From the NCBI GenBank assembly GCA_030167865.1, contig JALAGF010001731.1:1-35013 (forward strand): 35,013 bases of DNA, written 5' to 3'. Shown here piece by piece: positions 31,497 through 35,013 of this stretch. The position numbers and the translations under genes were made by a program. The notes beneath the pieces are model-generated. The model saw nothing but the letters and a program-made list of their open reading frames with translations. It had not been told where the DNA came from and ran no database searches. How positions within the stretch are numbered: position 1 is the stretch's first letter; every line of letters starts with the position of its first letter. The stretch comes from Craspedostauros australis (taxonomy: Eukaryota).

Positions 31497-34355
31497 ATGC
31501 TGTCCCTAACTAAAACGCACGGCGCTAGCATGCTGCTTGGATTGCTGTTGATGGCGGCAGGCAACCATCGCGCGCCTCTGGTCGATGCAAGGTCATCATC
31601 GTCATCATCGCCATCACGATCGCTATTCTCGTTGCGGCGGTCTTCACCGGTGGATGCGAAGCAAACAAGAGAGTCACACGATGAAGCCAGCCAGTTATGG
31701 GGCGATGACTCCTTCGCCAACACGGAAGCCAGCTCGCAGATGCCAGAGCAATTCCAGCCAAGACGATGGCGTGCGAGATTGGGCAGTATCGCGGCAAACC
31801 GAGCGCGTCCAAATCCAGAACAAGAAGAGGAAGAGCAAACGGATGAGCCCGCGGTGTCTGAACAACAGCAGGAGTGGCGACAGCGCAAGCGGATCTTCGG
31901 AAGAGATCGATCGTGGAAATCCACGCCGGCAGACGCTGCGTCGACTACAAACTCCACCACGACAGCGAATACGAGTCCTGCCCAAACCCTCGCAGAAACA
32001 CCAACGACACCAACGGCACCAGCTAAATCAAGAGCAACACCATCCACAGGAAAGTCCACAGCAGCATCCGCGTCAATAGCAGATGAACCCACCTCTTCTG
32101 TACCCATACCAGCAGCGATATTTGCTGCCACTAGATGCACCGGTCTACTGAAGACGTGCCTAACGACGGTATCCAACTCTGTCACTGCCGGCTTCCGGTA
32201 CTGCGCGCATCACGGTTCCAACTTCTGCAGGGCCCTGTTCCCATATCTCTTTGGCAGCGCCGAATCGCCGCAGGAGCTCATTTCCCGAATATTCAAAGTG
32301 ACGCAGCTTGGTTTGCTGCTTTACATTGCCGTCCAGTTCACGTTGGAATGCCGCGACGCGATGGGGGAAGTCGTGGATGCCTTGAGGGAAGAGACTCGCG
32401 ACACCGCCATGCTGCAGGGAATATTCTTCACGCCGTCGTCATCCTTCGAAGATGATCTGCTCATATCGAGCACCAACCTGCCTCAACTGCTAGACTATCT
32501 GCGTGCGTTGATGTCGAGGCGTTCAAGCAGCAGCTCGAATCAGCGGTCTGGAAGCACTGGGAGAATTGCATCGCACCGCAAACCGGTCCGTTCGCCCAAT
32601 GCCAGAAAGGTCCCACCGATGGCAACCAAGCTGGCTCTCAAGCTCATGAAGAGCGGCGTGCCGCTCACATCACCACAACCATCGTCATCATCGTTTGCGA
32701 GGCCAACTCCAATCAGCATCGAGTCGATATTCCAACGCCTGACGATGCCGCAGGCAGCTTTGTTGGACAGCATGTTGGTGGTTCACGATCCGAACGACTC
32801 CTTCGCCAACATCCGCGGTCTGCACCATGTCAAATCGTTGCTCTTGTCGTGGCTCCTGCAGCATCGATTGGCGCGGCGGTTTATGTCCCAGGCAAACGCT
32901 GCCAAGTTGGATGATGGGAAGGCGCGACTTCGCAACTCCAACAACGCAGGCAACCAGAGTCAACAGAAAGGACGACTGATACACAACCTCCTCAGCAGCA
33001 TGCCGGGATCATTCCCAGTCGAAGCAGCAACCGCACCGCAAGGCATCATGCTGTACGGACCTCCCGGATGCGGCAAGTCGCTCATGCTGCGAGCCTTGTC
33101 GGCGGAGCTTCCGCCCAGAGTGGTGCTCACGCTGAAGCCGTCGGTGCTGCAGAGGCGGTGGCATGACGAGACCATCCACGCCGTTCGAACCATGTTCCGT
33201 CTCATCTCGCACACGTTGGACAATGACTGCGTCCTCATCATTGACGAAATCGACGCCATGTTCCGCGATCGCTACAGCGGGCACGATATCGGATACACGG
33301 AGAACGACAAGGCGAAGGACTTTCGCAGCGAGTTCTATCAAGGGTGGGATGCCGCGACCATTTCTCCGCCACCGCGTTCTGGTGGTCAAGGGATAACGTC
33401 TGCTGCTGGTGCTGGAGAAAGCCAACGGAATCAGGGTCAGCAGGCTTCATCGACAAGACCGCGAAACGGTTTGATTGTCATCGGTGCCACCAACCGTCCC
33501 TTCGATGTCGACACGTCCGTGCATCGGCGGCTGGCGTGGTCCTTCTACATGGGTCTTCCGAACTATTCCGAACGTCGTGAGCTCCTCCAGCACTGGTGCG
33601 GATCCTTGCACCGGTCCGTATCCCCGCAGCTGCTCGAAGAGATGGTGAGGCGAACGCACGGGTATTCTCCCTCGGACATGTTCCGTCTGCTCAACCTCGC
33701 CTGCTTCATCAGCGTCATGTCGCAGGTCAATGCGCAGCAACAGGCCAGCGCGACAGCACAATCATCAGCATCGGGACACCAGTCGTCAAATCATTGGAAA
33801 TCGTTTGTGAAATCGACTGGCATGCCCGCCTTGGAGATGCGGGACTTTGTGCGCGCCCGGTATCAGGTCCCGCCCACCCGCCTGCCCAACACCTACTCGC
33901 AGAGTCTCTACTCGTTCATGCAAGCGGGAGATCAGACGCCCGTGAGCTACTACAGGCAAGGTCTTCGCAGCATGGACGACGACGACGATCGCAACGTCGA
34001 GAGCTGGGACGGATCGGTGCCACCAAAATCAAGCGTGCCGCAATCGCAGCAGCCCGTGCTGAGATGGGAAACGGACATGGGCGATTTCTACCATCTGGGT
34101 CAGGCCACGGCAGACTTCTTTCATACTGCCGACAGCGACGACGACGATACGGGGGACGTGACATGGAACGGCACGGGAGCCAGCGCGCATGCGAGACCTC
34201 ATTTCCACCAAGATCGGTACGGCATGGACATTGATGACACCGATGCTTTCGACAGTGACTGCGAGACTGACGACGACTTTCGTTCCAATTACTCGGACGA
34301 TGACACCGACAGCGATTTCGACACCGACGTTGACAGCGATTGGATGGATGACTAG
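31497..34355 (+). CDS. Membrane-anchored AAA+ ATPase, Msp1/ATAD1-like (meiotic clade), with N-terminal signal-like sequence, 952 aa
   Basis: Walker A GPPGCGKS (33057-33080), Walker B LIIDEID, SEFYQGWD (cf. Msp1/ATAD1 xxFMxLWDG), sensor 1 IGATNRPFDVD, arginine fingers HRRL and lid GYSPSDM. TM-like VTQLGLLLYIAVQFTL; D-rich C-terminus. Confidence 0.85.
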   Translation: MLSLTKTHGASMLLGLLLMAAGNHRAPLVDARSSSSSSPSRSLFSLRRSSPVDAKQTRESHDEASQLWGDDSFANTEASSQMPEQFQPRRWRARLGSIAANRARPNPEQEEEEQTDEPAVSEQQQEWRQRKRIFGRDRSWKSTPADAASTTNSTTTANTSPAQTLAETPTTPTAPAKSRATPSTGKSTAASASIADEPTSSVPIPAAIFAATRCTGLLKTCLTTVSNSVTAGFRYCAHHGSNFCRALFPYLFGSAESPQELISRIFKVTQLGLLLYIAVQFTLECRDAMGEVVDALREETRDTAMLQGIFFTPSSSFEDDLLISSTNLPQLLDYLRALMSRRSSSSSNQRSGSTGRIASHRKPVRSPNARKVPPMATKLALKLMKSGVPLTSPQPSSSSFARPTPISIESIFQRLTMPQAALLDSMLVVHDPNDSFANIRGLHHVKSLLLSWLLQHRLARRFMSQANAAKLDDGKARLRNSNNAGNQSQQKGRLIHNLLSSMPGSFPVEAATAPQGIMLYGPPGCGKSLMLRALSAELPPRVVLTLKPSVLQRRWHDETIHAVRTMFRLISHTLDNDCVLIIDEIDAMFRDRYSGHDIGYTENDKAKDFRSEFYQGWDAATISPPPRSGGQGITSAAGAGESQRNQGQQASSTRPRNGLIVIGATNRPFDVDTSVHRRLAWSFYMGLPNYSERRELLQHWCGSLHRSVSPQLLEEMVRRTHGYSPSDMFRLLNLACFISVMSQVNAQQQASATAQSSASGHQSSNHWKSFVKSTGMPALEMRDFVRARYQVPPTRLPNTYSQSLYSFMQAGDQTPVSYYRQGLRSMDDDDDRNVESWDGSVPPKSSVPQSQQPVLRWETDMGDFYHLGQATADFFHTADSDDDDTGDVTWNGTGASAHARPHFHQDRYGMDIDDTDAFDSDCETDDDFRSNYSDDDTDSDFDTDVDSDWMDD

Positions 34356-35013
34356 AGAGGAGCATCAGTGGTGGTGGTGGTGATAGTAGACTGAGGGAAA
34401 GAGAGGGCCAGGGAGAGATGAGGATAGAGCCATGCCGCTGGAACGCTCTCGAGAATAGCCACGGATGTAAAGATGTGCGGACAAATACGGATGCGAAGCA
34501 TGGACAGAAACCTGAATTCGACGACAATCTGCAGCGCCCACAAGAGTATGAGAAGATCATTGTTGGTCGAAAGAATGCAAACGCGTTTTGATCAGCCACC
34601 CAAGCCTACGGCCCCATTCAGGATAGAATCGTACGTTTTTGCGGATTTGAAATCGTAAAACGTGATATATTTAGATAACGATACGTCGCGTTGTCAATTA
34701 GGGTTAGATATATTTAGCTAGCTTATACGACACAAATACCTGGCTGACTTGTCTTCACCGCAGACGAAATTGATGACGTCTTTGACGGTCGATATCAGAC
34801 GGTGATGGTATTGACGGTGTGGATGGTGACGTTGTCGCAGATTCGGTGTTGCCTTGATTCCTCGCGTTGTTGGTGATTTGGTTCTGTTGTGTGCTTCCTT
34901 TTTGTGTCAAACAGCACAGCGTTGGTGGTAGCGTCCCTGCACGTCCATGTTCACAGCAACAGCAACACTTGCGAATACCACACAACACAGTATTATATAA
35001 TGTAATGGATCAC

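Noticed and set aside
34698..34709. TTAGGGTTAG telomere-like sequence
   Set aside because: Fewer than two full units; not an array.
34720..34988. Short minus-strand frames at the window end (one reads TVKDVINFV, like an acyl carrier protein C-terminus)
   Set aside because: No upstream DSL phosphopantetheine motif and no supportable gene model within the window.
1..35013. CRISPR arrays, tRNA/rRNA genes, transposase or reverse transcriptase ORFs
   Set aside because: None recognised. The repeats present are microsatellites, a coding minisatellite or segmental duplications without spacers or terminal repeats.

Overview
Eukaryotic nuclear DNA with GT-AG introns and microsatellite-rich introns and UTRs. 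It is almost certainly from a diatom (inferred from a silicanin gene, diatom-type 7TM receptors and the sulfo/methyltransferase families). Ten intact protein genes are supported, in order: two tandem 7TM GPCR-like paralogues (2 exons each), a 1023-aa low-complexity plus ankyrin-repeat protein (-), a dual HMG-box protein (3 exons), a type II membrane FkbM-like methyltransferase (-), a type II membrane sulfotransferase-like protein, a silicanin (Sin1-family) gene (3 exons), an RCC2-like protein, a secreted Cys-rich/acidic-repeat type I membrane protein and a signal-peptide-bearing Msp1/ATAD1-like AAA+ ATPase. Two local duplications left fossils: a pseudogenised piece of the ankyrin gene between the receptor copies, and a 431-bp gap-free copy of the sulfotransferase 3' end. 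The best candidate system is the 18.3-31 kb run of secretory-pathway genes (glycan methyl/sulfo-transferases, silicanin, acidic membrane protein), which could be a cell-wall/silica module. This is an inference from gene neighbourhood only. All alignments and counts were done by eye.
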